A stretch of 64,000 bases of DNA from contig NC_042998.1 in assembly GCF_006345805.1 (NCBI RefSeq), positions 202,306,001-202,370,000 of the forward strand, in the 5' to 3' direction. How positions within the stretch are numbered: the first letter of the stretch is position 1; each line of letters starts with the position of its first letter. The notes under the pieces were generated by a model that was not told the DNA's origin, made no database searches, and saw only the letters and a program-made list of their open reading frames with translations. The stretch comes from Octopus sinensis. Its lineage: Eukaryota. This document shows, one piece after another, positions 13,682 through 26,059 of the stretch. Both the position numbers and the translations under genes were made by a program.

Positions 13682-14149
13682 ATTATTTACATTATTTACA
13701 TTCGCCGAATATTTGTCCTCATCTTGTTTGTTCTTAACACAACGTTTCGGCTGATATACCCTCCAGCCTTCATCAGGTGTCTTGGGGAAATTTCAAACCT
13801 GGGTTCTCATTCTTAAGGTATTTTTCTATGTTGTTGTTGTTGCTGTTGTTGTTGTTGTTGTTGTTATTGTTCAGGTCACAGCTTGGAATCGAACTCGGAA
13901 TCTTGGGGTTAGTAGCCCGCTCTCTTAACCACCACGCCATATGCCCGTGTTCAGTGACCTGAACAATGACAACAATAATAATAATAATAACAACAACAAC
14001 ATCGAAAAATACCTTAGGAATGAGAACCCAGGTTTGAAATTTCCCCCAAGACACCCGAAGAAGGCTGGAGGGTATATCAGCCGGTTTGTTGTGTTAACAA
14101 CAAACAAGATGAGGACAAATATCCGTCGAATGTAAATAAGGTAAATAAT
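13682..14149 (-). mobile_element. tRNA-headed short element with hammerhead tail plus inverted tail copy
   Basis: Minus-strand A box TGGCGTGGTGG (13929-13939) and B box GAGTTCGATTC (13886-13896) lie between ~197-bp inverted arms (13682-13879, 13954-14149); homologous to 23693-23955. Confidence 0.85.
13736..13781 (-). ncRNA. Minimal type I hammerhead ribozyme motif (Penelope-type), core intact
   Basis: GACAC-CTGATGA-A-GGCTG(GAGGGTATAT)CAGCC-GAAAC-GTT-GTGTT; stem III is the palindrome ACGT, which could form only in a dimer. Confidence 0.75.
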
Positions 14150-14224
14150 TAACGGGTTATGTTGGTGTTGATGAAGAGGGCAAAACCTTCTGAAATACAG
14201 CATATACTCTCTTAACCCTCTGTT

Positions 14225-14540
14225 AATTTTCGATCACATTTTTATTTATATATGACGTCTCGGATACGTTTCGTCTGGGTCCGTGACGAAAAATACTCCT
14301 CCAATGCTATTCTGATTTCGTCTACACAATTCATATTTTCTCCGATCAAATGATTTTTAAGACTGTGGAAAAAATGATAATCAGATGGGGCAATGTCCGG
14401 CGAATATAGTAGGTAGGGCATCGTTTCCCATTCAAACTGCTCCAGCGTTTGGGATGTCATCCTCGCTGTATGTGGTCGAGCATTATCCTGATGGAAGAAC
14501 ACTTTTTGTCTTGAAACCAAAGATGGTCGTTTTTCATTAC
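14225..14540 (-). mobile_element. Mariner transposase fragment
   Basis: ORF 14242-14520: FHQDNARPHTA...YSPDIAPSDYHFF (second and third catalytic Asp region). Confidence 0.92.
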
Positions 14541-15094
14541 TTCATTCATAACTCTTCCTAACCCTTACCCTACTCCTCTACCAGCCCTCCTCATAATATC
14601 TTGACCACCAACTAATACTCCTTTCTTCACTTTCGTACCCTTTTTTCATTTTATCTTGTTGCGTTTATTTTATCTTCCTCTTCTTTCCTTCTTCTTTTCT
14701 CACCTTTTCCTTTGACCACTCTCTTCATTTTAACATACACATCTCTTCTCCTCTCTCTATCCATTTAATACTACCACTACATTCTCATTTTTTATTCTCA
14801 CCTCAAGACCCCTTTGAATGAACAGCACGCGGAATCTACGTCTCCACACTTTCCATTTGTAATGACAAAATACGAACTCCTATTGGAATTTACAGACCAC
14901 GGACAGGAAGCATTTCTACCACTTCTACGCACCACTTTCCTTGGGTAATGGAACTGCAACTATAAAATCTTTACACATTCTTATTTTTATTTCCACATTC
15001 ATTCTCCAATTTCCCTATTTACTCTCAATTTGCTTTTTTTTCCAAAGTAAAACATGATATTGAACTCTGATATTTCCCCCAATTTAACCATCTG

Positions 15095-15150
15095 ACATCG
15101 CCTCTGATGAAGGGATATCCCTAATATCCCAGAAACAGTTGTAAGACTAT
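15095..15150 (+). ncRNA. Degenerate type I hammerhead-like motif
   Basis: CTGATGA(15104-15110)-A-GGGATA(TCCCTAA)TATCCC-A-GAAACAGTTGTA-AGAC; perfect 6-bp stem II, weak stem I. Confidence 0.5.
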
Positions 15151-15428
15151 CTTTCTCTTTATAAATGTCCTGAAAATTCCACATACCCTTGGCTTCGGCT
15201 TTGTTGTCTCATTTTATTTAACATATATATGCTCATACAAGACCCGCATTAGGCTCCCCACTCGTGTCATTATCGAACCGAGAGTTTAACTACGGACCGT
15301 CCATAGCACTTACATTGCGTTACCTGCCACCTTGGTTCTTCAGGATAGCAATACCTCTCATATATATATATATTTGTTGACATATAGATCTTCGTGAAAT
15401 ATTGCAAAGCCATACCAGCAGTTATGAA

Positions 15429-15464
<36 letters not shown>

Positions 15465-15644
15465 TTATACATCAAATTCTATGAGTGACCCCATTTCACT
15501 TCACCTTAATGTATATGTCACTCACGAATTCACCCAAACTTTCTCAGATAAAACTTCCCATTTTCATTTTAGAATTGCTTCATAAATCTGAAAACTACTA
15601 AAACTGCTTAGAAGGCATCATATTTTCACCATTATCCAGACAGT

Positions 15645-15645
<1 letters not shown>

Positions 15646-15686
<41 letters not shown>

Positions 15687-15710
15687 AATATATATATATA
15701 TATAGATATA

Positions 15711-15748
<38 letters not shown>

Positions 15749-15769
15749 CATATATAAGCATGTATATAT

Positions 15770-15850
<81 letters not shown>

Positions 15851-15900
15851 TGCATATACATATATATACATACATGCTTATATATATATATGTATATATT
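15646..15900. repeat. Long (TA)n microsatellite
   Basis: Seen directly; source of the IYIY ORFs. Confidence 0.97.
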
Positions 15901-16644
15901 GTGTATGTGTTACATTTTGCAATCGCTATGATTGATTTCTGCTTCAAATGACAACTTTATGCAAATTTTGAGATATTTATTATGAATGATATGTTAATGT
16001 CTCTCATATTATTCACATAAAAAATTCTATTGGGAAAGATAAATTGTAATTAATGGGGTGATGTTTGTACAAACACAAACAACATCGTTAGTAATACTGA
16101 AACATTTCTAGCCTTGCACCGTAGCTATTACAATAAAACAACTTTTACAGGCTGTCCAAGGTACAAGATACAGTGAGTTTTATCTCATTTACAGGTCCTG
16201 CGAGAAATAACTGCAAAATACCCCTCAAATCACACCTTATCAAAATATAAGTACAAATTCGATTGCATAGTCCAAGACAATTCTAAAACCACTGATGGTG
16301 CGCCGTAACAGTGCGTCACATATTCATTTGTTTAATAGTGACCTATAGGACAACAGCAAAATTGGGTTAGGTTAAATAAAGTTTACAGTTTGCTATTCCT
16401 GGTTTACCTAGGTGTTGCTATTGACGTAAATGTTGTAGCTCTGTTATTTGGACATTTAAAACCCTTTTTAACGCGATGTTAGATTACACTGCAAAGTTGA
16501 GCATATGATTGTAACTATCTACAACCTTTACTAACTACTACGCACATTCTATGAAGAACTTTGGCGCATTGGGTTCCCTGTTTGAGCTGAATTGGTAAGA
16601 TTGGTTTTAAAAAATCGGACAAAACTCCTTACATTATCTATTCT

Positions 16645-16800
16645 GGCTTTTAAATTTCTGAGTTCAAATCCAGCCGGTGCTATATTTACTTTTCATCATT
16701 CCAGGGTCGATAAATTTATTGCAGTACAATACCAGGGCAACGGATTAGTCGGATAGTTAGAGCGACTGGAAAACAGCAGAAAATATTTGTCGTAGTTTAG
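16645..16800 (+). mobile_element. Degenerate SINE family A fragment
   Basis: CTGAGTTCAAATCC...GGGTCGATAAAT match to family A. Confidence 0.6.
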
Positions 16801-17989
16801 GTACTAAGTTTTTCCACTGCAATTATTATTGTCACGGAAATTAAATGGCGGTTGTAATGGTGATGGTGTTTATGTTGGTGTTAATGTATTCGGTGTTAAT
16901 GTTGTTGTTAATGTTAGTGCTGTTGTAGCAGTGGCTGAGATTGTGATAGAGTTATTTTCATATGGGGATGGTTGCAGTCGCAGTTCATATGCTGGTGTTA
17001 ACTGTTTCTCTAATGTCGATTGTTATTATTGTAAAGATATTGGCGATGGAGATGACTTTGAATTCGAGGGCGATTGTATTGGCTTGGTTTCAAGGTAAGG
17101 TTTTCTTTTGACATTAGAATTCGAATTGTCAATTTTGTCAATTGTGGCTTTCCATTCTCCACATTCGGAGTTTTTTGTTGTACTGGCATTTTAATCTAAC
17201 GAATCAAGATTCTCCTTCTGAAATGAGCCAAGATTTTTTTTCCTGTGAATCATCAAGTACTGTTAATTTAAAATTTCTTTTCTCTTCTTTAATCGATGTC
17301 CTACACACTTTTGATTACCAAGATTATCGCCGATATTGGTATGATAATTGTTGCTACCACTGGGATTTTAAAGGAATTTAACATTTAATTTCTTTCTCTC
17401 AACTCTATTCTGGTATCGAATAATCGCTCTGTTTTAATTTTTAATTCCGTTATTATCAATTTGGGAACGGTCTAACAGCCATCAAAAGCAAGTGTTGATC
17501 TGCTGAGGTTCACATCTGTTGTATATAACATCTCAATGGGATGGCAAAAATAAATTAGATGCCACAACTTTGTATAGGGATTAAACCATGCAGTTGTCTT
17601 TTTTTCTCATTTGATATTTTAGTGTAAAATATCGCCAGTTCCAGTAAAAGTCCTCCACATACTCATTGCAAAAACACAATACACTTATAAATATGTAAAA
17701 TCAACGGTGAAATGTCAAAATTAAAGAATGCATAGAGAAATCAATGTAGAAACTTCACCAGGTTTAGTTGAAATGTATTTGAGTCCACAAAAGCCGAACA
17801 CCGACAATTAAGTCAGTGAACTTAAATCTCACTCAAAGAAAAAAAATGCTACATTTGATGTTAACAAGGACATTTCGAAAGCATCCTTAATCATCGTCCA
17901 AATGCGTCACATGCTTCCACTCATAGTGTCCTACACCAAATACTCTACCCTTGGGTATACCATTTTCACTGCAAGCTTCTTAACTGATT

Positions 17990-18800
17990 ACCTCTAAAGT
18001 AATGGATCAGGTGATAATTGGGATTACCATATTACCATATGGCGGACGTTAATAACAATCAGCATATCTCCATACATGTATCAAATTCCAGCGAAATCTG
18101 CCAAATGCGCAACTCAAATTCTTCTTACAAGGATTCGATTTCCTCTTCAGATACTCGCAGTTTAGAGACATACTTTCTTTTTTAAGTGTATCCCTCAAAA
18201 GGGGAACCTATATAGTGAGCAAACTAACACAGCATCTCTCATATTTTATTACAAGAGAAATATTCACAAACATTCTTATTGACAAACTATTTCCATTGAA
18301 AGAGAATTCTTCCAGAAAGTCAATGTAGATTTAGACCATCTTCGTGGAAGGATTTGTGTAATCTTTTTCTGAGCAACAGATCCAAAATATTATTTAAAGC
18401 AACGACTTCGGAGTATACAATTCCCTGTGATTTTGTAAAGGTTTTCGATCCAGAACAGCACGGCAATATGGGGGAGGTTTTTGCATGCTTGGGACACCTA
18501 CCTCGCTTCTTAATATTTGTCAACTCTCCTCATTGAAAGAACAGCTACTCAGCAAGAGAAAACTCTCAATTCCCTTTCCTATTAGAACGATTGTTGATTA
18601 CGCTGATGTTCTTTTCAGTGTCTTCTTTAATATTTACCTTGCTGAAACTGTTAATGGAATTTTCATTAGGTGTCATTGGTTTTGACTTTTCACGCAGCCA
18701 TCGACATGCGATCAAGATATTAATTATGCCGATCTTACTTATTTCGGAATCTATAGATGCCATGGGTATAGCACATTCTTGGAAACCGAACCGACAATGA
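17990..18800 (+). mobile_element. Decayed RTE-clade LINE reverse transcriptase
   Basis: Frameshifted translation ILPESQCRFRP...CDFVKVFD...LGHLPRFL...LSIPFPI...LFSVFF follows the RTE RT motif order (ILPESQCGFR, DLTKAFD, LGCPPKFL, PFPI..GVKQG..LFSIFF). Confidence 0.7.
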
Positions 18801-19430
18801 AACGAAAAGTTTGGGTCATTTTTCATTTAATAAAATAAACTTTCCTCTCGTTGTATATATGGCTTAATGCTGTGCTTGTGTGCAGCATGTGGTATAAAGT
18901 GTACTTACTTCTGGATTTAACACACAACTGCAGTTTGTAGCGACCAGTTTCAGTTCCCAAGAAAGAGTTTCATCTCAATGATGATTCTAGTATACAACAT
19001 GTATGAAATACCTATGTATTTGTATTCTGTGAGTGTGGATGATGTAGGTCTTCGGATTATATTTAGATAGAAAGTTTTTTATTACAATTTTCTCACTGTA
19101 TGTGCTTGCAGAAGATAGTATCAATTCTGTAGAGATGTGTGTTACTTTAAACCGTTCTTTGCACATCGTATATTTATACTATTCAATGTGATAGCTGGCT
19201 ATATATGATTTTTAAGACTTAGTAGTATAATGAGCTATGAGAAATTTGGTTGATGTTATTTTATATCTATGGCTGTGGGTCGATTCTGTGCACTAATATA
19301 AGGTCATTGTTGTTATGAAAGACTGTGTCTGGAATATGGTGTGTAAGATTATGAACATCAAGAAACAAGAACAGAAAATAAAGAATGTGTAGTGGCTAGC
19401 GATGTATATATGTATTTTTATGTATGTATA

Positions 19431-19644
19431 CAAGGGGGCACGGAACAGTTCCTGGCTATAAGGGTGTCGTGAAAGGCATGGCTGGAGGCCCAACTTACAG
19501 AGTTCTTTCACAGGGTTTAGAAAAACTGTAGGATAGCTGCAATAAGTGCTTGAATCTGAGAATGGAATATGTTGAATAAAATGATAATTAACTGATCCTC
19601 CTGTATTTTTTACACAAAGCCTGGTACTTCTCTTCACTTCCTCA
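19431..19644. mobile_element. Mariner-derived MITE (same family as 5993-6209, opposite orientation)
   Basis: Degenerate TIRs with TA flanks; interior is the reverse complement of 6040-6120. Confidence 0.75.
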
Positions 19645-19650
19645 TATATA

Positions 19651-20438
19651 CAGGATATGGTGAATAAACTGTCGTCGAAATTGCGAAAAACTGAAACTTA
19701 CACTGACGTCTCATTTTAACATGTATTTACCAAATTTACATGTAAAATATCTTGAAATACTAAAGAGTAAATTTATTCAATAAAATCACCATTGGCTTCA
19801 ACTACAACCTCCAGACGACTTCGCAATCTCCTACAACTCCACTGCCCGTCCCCCTGTTTATGTTGCTGAATGCTGCCATAGTGCTTCGCTTCGGTTTGTC
19901 TTTGGTGTTACAGAGAGTTTTGTTGGTTTCTCGCTTAAATGCGCTCCACATATAATAATTAAGGGGGTTGCAGTCTGGGGCGCTATGTGGCCAAATGTTA
20001 GTGGGGATGTCGGGGCAAAAATTTTCTGAGAGCCATGAGTAGGTTCTCCTACTCGAGTGGCATGGTCCAGAGTCTTGTTGGCAGACATAGGGTCTTCCAG
20101 CAGCCACTCTCTTGACTCAGGACAGCACTACCTCCTCCAAGTACTTGATGTAGGCCTCCGTGTTGAGTATCAGGACGTGTGGGGAGTTGAAAGGCTGCAT
20201 AACCTCGCCATCATTAGTGATCGTACGAAACAACATGATCTTGACTGGATGTTTGATTTTTGTCACTCTTGGTAGATGTTCCCAGATTGCATTGTCTTAT
20301 GATTGACACCCAAACACTCTGAAATGTTTATAATGGAGCTTCGGTGCGAATGCCCTGCAGTACAGCACATCGTTTCTAAATTGCGCCATGGTGCTGTTTT
20401 TCTCACAGACGGTGCCCAATTGATCCTACTATACTGTG
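19651..20438 (-). mobile_element. Internally deleted Tc1/mariner element, probably DD37D (maT) type
   Basis: ORF 19802-20107: GRPYVCQQDSGPCHSS...IWPHSAPDCNPLNYYMW; loose TIRs with TA flanks; most of the 5' transposase is missing. Confidence 0.85.
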
Positions 20439-21788
20439 TAGTCGGCAAAATCAAAAAGAAACAATGCGCACCCTCTACGTGAGTGCTTGTGTCATATACA
20501 TATGTATGTATACACGTACTTCTGTCTCAGTCTGTCCATGCATGTGTGGGTGTGTAGGTGGTTGTGGTGGTGGTGGTGGGGGGGTAGACTTGCCGATACA
20601 AATTTGATCATTATTAAGCGTAGTCTGAGTTTCGCCAGGTCTTATTTTCCGTCCCAAAACGTGTTTATCTCAAATACTTCAGGAGTTACTTTATAAATCT
20701 AATAATTTCAGTGAATGAAGGAAGAGATAGGAAGTAGGTAGTTCATGTCAAGCATAAGTTAACGTTTTAGTCTTGTAGTCATTCCTGTGAAATTAAGAAG
20801 AGTTAAAATTTAAACTCTTCTCGCTAACCACATGATTCTTTATAACTGTCGAAGTCTTTTCACTGCTACAAAAATAAGTTTCTTGAGTACAGTATGAACG
20901 TGTATGAAACGATATTGTCTGTGAGTTTGTTTTTGATATACTTCTAAGTTCCAAGACATTTTAACATTAAACCTTATATAATTCTATTTCTTTCATTTAT
21001 CTGGGGGTTTTTCTCTTTTTTTTTTCTTTTTTTATAGCGACTTGACTCTGGCAATGCACTCCAATAAAATCTTAGAATTACAATGTTTGCAGTTACACGC
21101 TATTTTTTTTTTTCCCAACATTTTTCTGCATAATAAAATCGTAGTGAATCATTCATGTTTTTGTTATTCCCCGTGGACAAAATTTTAGAATTTGATCAAG
21201 AACCTGAAATAAAATGTTTCACAATCAACACATTCCTCTGAACTCTATCAAAGTATTGTAAATTATTTATAAGTTCTTGGCCATTTGTTGTATTTCTTTC
21301 CATTATTTATCAAGACGACAATCTGCATGTGAAATACATGAAGAAACTGAGTAATGGCGAAGAAGTCACATTGTTGCAACGAAGACTAGTCGACGTAAAT
21401 GTGATCTTTATTATTATATCAGCAATATACGTCTTCGCCATGTTTATCATTTGATTTATATATTTATAAACTTGTTTATTCATCTATTTATGATTATTCA
21501 GCTTCCTATCTATATATTCTTCTTGTACTGAATATTTTTCAGTTGATCTTTCTACATATTTTGCAATTATCATCCTCGTCACCGCCGCCTTAGAATTTGC
21601 ATCATCTACTTCATCTTGACTTTCTCATACTCCTTCTTCGTCTTCTTTTACGTCTTCATTTTCTTTTTCCTCTTCATCGTATAGTACTACTTCTCCTCTT
21701 TTTCCTCTTCGTCGTATCTTACCACTTTTCCTCTTCGTCTCCATCTTCTTTCTTATCGTTATTATTTTTCCTGCTACTGTTTATTATT

Positions 21789-21820
<32 letters not shown>

Positions 21821-22116
21821 CACCATTGAAAGCATTGTTATGTGCTTCAATAAGATATGTATATTCACTGAATTCATTTGCTTTGCTAAAATAAGAAACG
21901 GAAGCCAACAGCCGTGTTGATGGTCTCAGTATTTTTCCATATCATGATAAAATGTATCTAAGCTATTTTGCCATAACTCCATATCTTTATGCAGTATCTT
22001 CAGTCGGCATATATCTCGGAATACATGAATGGAAAAAAACACACATTGACAAAGATGCACGCACGCTCGACCACACATGCATACACACACACATGCTCAC
22101 ACACGCATATATGCAT

Positions 22117-22161
<45 letters not shown>

Positions 22162-22844
22162 TGTTTCTTTTACTCTTTAATAATTCTGACGCTACGAAGC
22201 CTTGTGATTTTATAATGATGAGTGATACAAGGCCCTAGAGGATAAATTACTGATCACCTAGATACCTTGGGGCCGAGTTCTGTATCTGCGTCGCATTCCG
22301 GCTTAAATTCTTGAATAATTATTTCAGTTACTTCTGAATGGAAGCCATACACATAAAACGAATGTTTAAATTACAAACTCCATAGCCTAAAATCACAAAC
22401 TTTTTAGCTTCCAGTTAGGTTTTTCAAAGTAATTGCTCATGGATTATTTTCATAATATAGTTGTGTACAGGTATAATATTTTTTTGGAGTAACACTGTTA
22501 CTTTAATTGTAAAGCAAAAGAATAGATAGCTGAACCGGTATTTAGCTATATCCTGTTATATTATGATTTCAAATAAGGACTTTTTACCAATAAATTCTTG
22601 GTCATTAAATTAGTAGTCAGATACTAGAAATGAGTGGAATAAATCAACTACATTTCTCTATCAAAATATATCCCTTTCGATTATGATCTATTACTTAAGT
22701 CTTCTGAATGATAGAATCAAGAGACGCAGTGACTGATGTACGAATGATGATGCATTTCCTTCTGGCGTACTGAGTTCGAATTCTACCTATGTGCCCATCT
22801 CAGATAAATAATATAATTATTTTCTAAAACAACTTTAGTAAACT

Positions 22845-23086
22845 TCCTTTCCGAGTCATATAGACTGATAAGGCCATTTTCCATGGCTAAACATTCCCCA
22901 CCTGGATTTGGACGCTGGTCCATTGCAGGATAACGCAGTTATGCCATCAGGATAAATTGGAGCAGCTTGAAAAGAAATGTTTTTTTTTTTGGCTCAAGAT
23001 CACAATGCGTCGCCCGGTTCAGCAATCGAAACCAGAATCTTACGACGATGAATCTGACACCTTAATCGCTAAGCCACCTGCCTCCC
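22845..23086 (-). mobile_element. tRNA-derived SINE related to family C
   Basis: Minus-strand head GGAGGCAGGTGGCTTAGCG...GGTTTCGATTGC resembles heads at 38454 and 59829. Confidence 0.65.
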
Positions 23087-23550
23087 TAAAACAACTTCAG
23101 AATTCGATTAGCTGAAATTATTTCTAATGCTCCAGAAAAACAAATTGAAACCAGCAATATCTTTTCTCCCAGAGATAGAGTTTTAAAAACTGTAGGAGAT
23201 TAACAAGACATGGTATGATTAGTTGCTACCTAGGCTTTCGTCCGCAATTCAAATTCTGTGGGTGTCAACAGTTCTTGGTTTGGGGTGGATAAAATAACTA
23301 CTAGCAAAGTTTAGGCAATAACTACTCAAAATTTCGCAAGTCCTCCAAACTTTTATTAACGATACGAATTAAGGACAATTTAAAATAAGCCAACATATGC
23401 CTAAAAGCAATAATAGGAAATTAATGTGCTCTACTGAAACACTTATGCGAGGTTTTTTATTGACATGGTGGGTTGATGAGATAATATTTCAGCTTGAAAA
23501 ATAAGACGTTGCGTGTGGTAGAGTGTATTTAGCCATGCTAATGTATTAAA

Positions 23551-23605
<55 letters not shown>

Positions 23606-23692
23606 ATATATATTATATATATATATATAATATATATATATATATGTAATACAGTTCTTTATTGAAGACATAAGGAATTATGTGCATTATTT

Positions 23693-23771
23693 ACGGGCAT
23701 ATGGCGTAGTGGTTAAGAGCGCGGGCTGCTAACCCCAAGATTCCGAGTTCGATTCGAGACAGTGACTTGAC

Positions 23772-23806
<35 letters not shown>

Positions 23807-23955
23807 TCGAAGAATACCTTTGGAATGAGAACCCACGTTCCAAATTTCCCCAAGACACCTGATGAAACCTGGAGGGTATATCAGCCGAAACGTTGTGTTA
23901 ACAACAAACAAGATGAGAACAAATATATGTCAAATGTAAATAATATAAATAATAT
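23693..23955 (+). mobile_element. Second copy of tRNA-headed hammerhead-tail element
   Basis: A box TGGCGTAGTGG 23702-23712, B box GAGTTCGATTC 23745-23755, (AAT)n linker, tail homologous to the 13682-13879 arm. Confidence 0.85.
23854..23899 (+). ncRNA. Type I hammerhead motif, core intact, stem II weakened
   Basis: GACAC-CTGATGA-A-ACCTG(GAGGGTATAT)CAGCC-GAAAC-GTT-GTGTT; two stem II mismatches relative to the 13736 copy. Confidence 0.65.
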
Positions 23956-24649
23956 ATATATACATGCATGCAATCATGCAATCATACATACATACATACA
24001 TACATACATACATACATAATACATACATACATAATTGGATATCCCTCGCCTGAAAGCTCTGTATAGCTTCAAGTTGGTACGCCCGCTGCAATTCTGCTGT
24101 TTTTCCATTAAATATCTTGGTACCAAATACATCTGTATCCCGATTCATTGACGACAGACAAATTAAGCATGCATCTTACACTACTCGCACTCTGAAAGTC
24201 AGTAACTTTAACTTTCACACACACACACACATACATACATACATACATACATACATACATACATACATACATACATACATACAGCTGCACTAAAATATTA
24301 AGGGAAAATATCACAAGCTACAAGAATATCACCCGACTTGACTGTACCAACTGCAAAGAGATGCGACTGTATTACCTATAGAACTGAAAGCTACAATAAG
24401 GATGCTTGTACGCATTCCTCTGCTTCCATACTTTTGCGTTTCCCAGATTGAAACCAGTTTGTTTAAATAACAAGCCAAAATGCTCTCTATCACCGCTAAG
24501 AAACCTTCTTAACTTCGATATTTAAAACATAGTGGCTCCATATTCCTTACTACTGCAGAAAGGTTTCCAACATCTTATATTGCTTTCCACTCAAACCTAT
24601 ATTACCCACCTGTGGTAAAGTAGAAAAGATTTGTATGCCACTCTATTAA

Positions 24650-25300
24650 ATTCAGCTCCATGCACTTCAAGTGAAAACCACCTTTGATCACTTAAAACCA
24701 GCATGGCAAATGGTGTTACCGTTTCTGCTCACCAAATTTATCAAAATCTCTCACCATTTCTCTTTCCCTCTGCCTCCGTTTCATGGTAAATTCGAGGCAG
24801 TCAATCGCGTTATATCCCTGCTACAATAGTATTCTGACTATTCTAACAGCCTATTGAATTTATCATTTCGTTTTTGGGGTCGAAGCTTTCTGTTAGATTG
24901 ATCTACGACAGTGTGTTCTGATGAGGACCGTTCTTCCCCATACCTTATGAATCCTTGTGTTGCCTAATGCCCAGTTACGTTTTGCAACCACTTTTACTTG
25001 TTACTGTAAGAATGATGAATCCTGAATAGATGAGGTTTTATTTCTACATTACTATATTCTTCTACAATTTTTCGTCAGTCACACTTCACCGAAGCAACTT
25101 ATGACTAATTGCACTCCTGCCACGAGACGGCAGCATAAAAGAGTAGAGACAGGACGTGCATAACAGGATACATTCTATCATCTGCATCGCTGTATCTGAT
25201 AAGTAAGGTGTTGAAGAACATGTTATACCATCGGTCGATTAACACACTATGTGCATTCCAAACGTCATAATTGTCCTAGATCATTGTAATTTTCGTATAT
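24650..25300 (-). mobile_element. Very decayed CR1-like LINE 3' region
   Basis: Minus-strand remnants VAKRNWALG... and GYNAIDCLEFTMKRRQRE resemble CR1 C-terminal motifs (KKANRMLG; SYEERL..L.TLE.RR.RGD). Confidence 0.45.
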
Positions 25301-25589
25301 GACTACTACACATCTAATAAGCTGATGCCCCAACTTTTGTTATTCAGAACTGAAAGGAAACTGATGTACACTTTCAACACGCCCTGCTAAAAACCGCTTG
25401 CCCCAGCTGACTATTCTGTGAAATGCATTCGGGGTGTTAAGATAATTTAAAGGCTCGCTATGCAAAAGAAACAAAAACGTTACAGAATCTAACAGAACGG
25501 TTCAGTCGACTTATAGATTAATGTGTATGAGTGGAGCAAGATTTGCACATGCACAAAAAAATCAGGCTAAGCAATATCACTGGGAAACT

Positions 25590-26059
25590 CATATAATCCC
25601 ATTTTTTATAGCTAGGGCATCATCTACATCTACTGGGTTCCACCTAACGAGACGGTCAACAAAATGTAGGAATCGAGGGAAAGATTTCTTCGCAAAAGTC
25701 CAGAGCACAGGACAATGCACCAGTTCGCAATCCCATCCTGGTAACCAATTACTTGACAAACATGGGCATCAAACTTCCCCCCAGTCTCCCTGCAACCCAG
25801 ACGTTGCTCCCTGTGACTGCCTCTAAGATTGTTCTTCTGCTTGCCCAAGCTAAAGAGCTTCAGGGTCAATTGCTCTTGAAGACATTGAGAAACTGAATGA
25901 GGTATTGTCAAGAGTCCTTGACACTCTCAGCAATTGGCTGGACGCCATTACAAGTGCATTCATGTCATAGATTCCTACTTTGAAGGAGAGTCTTGTGTTT
26001 CTTTGAAATTAATAAATGTCTCTCATGAAAAAGTTTCAAATCTTCTACAATGCACCTTG
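25590..26059 (+). mobile_element. Mariner 3' fragment with right TIR
   Basis: QDNAPV...VTNYLTNMGIK, APCD remnants; ends AATGCACCTTG|TA. Confidence 0.85.

Noticed and set aside
18354-18826. Hydrophobic ORFs as a chemoreceptor or 7TM gene
   Set aside because: The region aligns, with frameshifts, to RTE reverse transcriptase motifs.
23695-23760. Functional tRNA gene (also other tRNA-like heads)
   Set aside because: A and B boxes are present but there is no acceptor-stem closure and the sequence continues into repeat bodies; these are SINE heads.
24915-24945. CTGATGAGGACC motif
   Set aside because: No downstream GAAA; lies inside the antisense strand of a CR1 relic.
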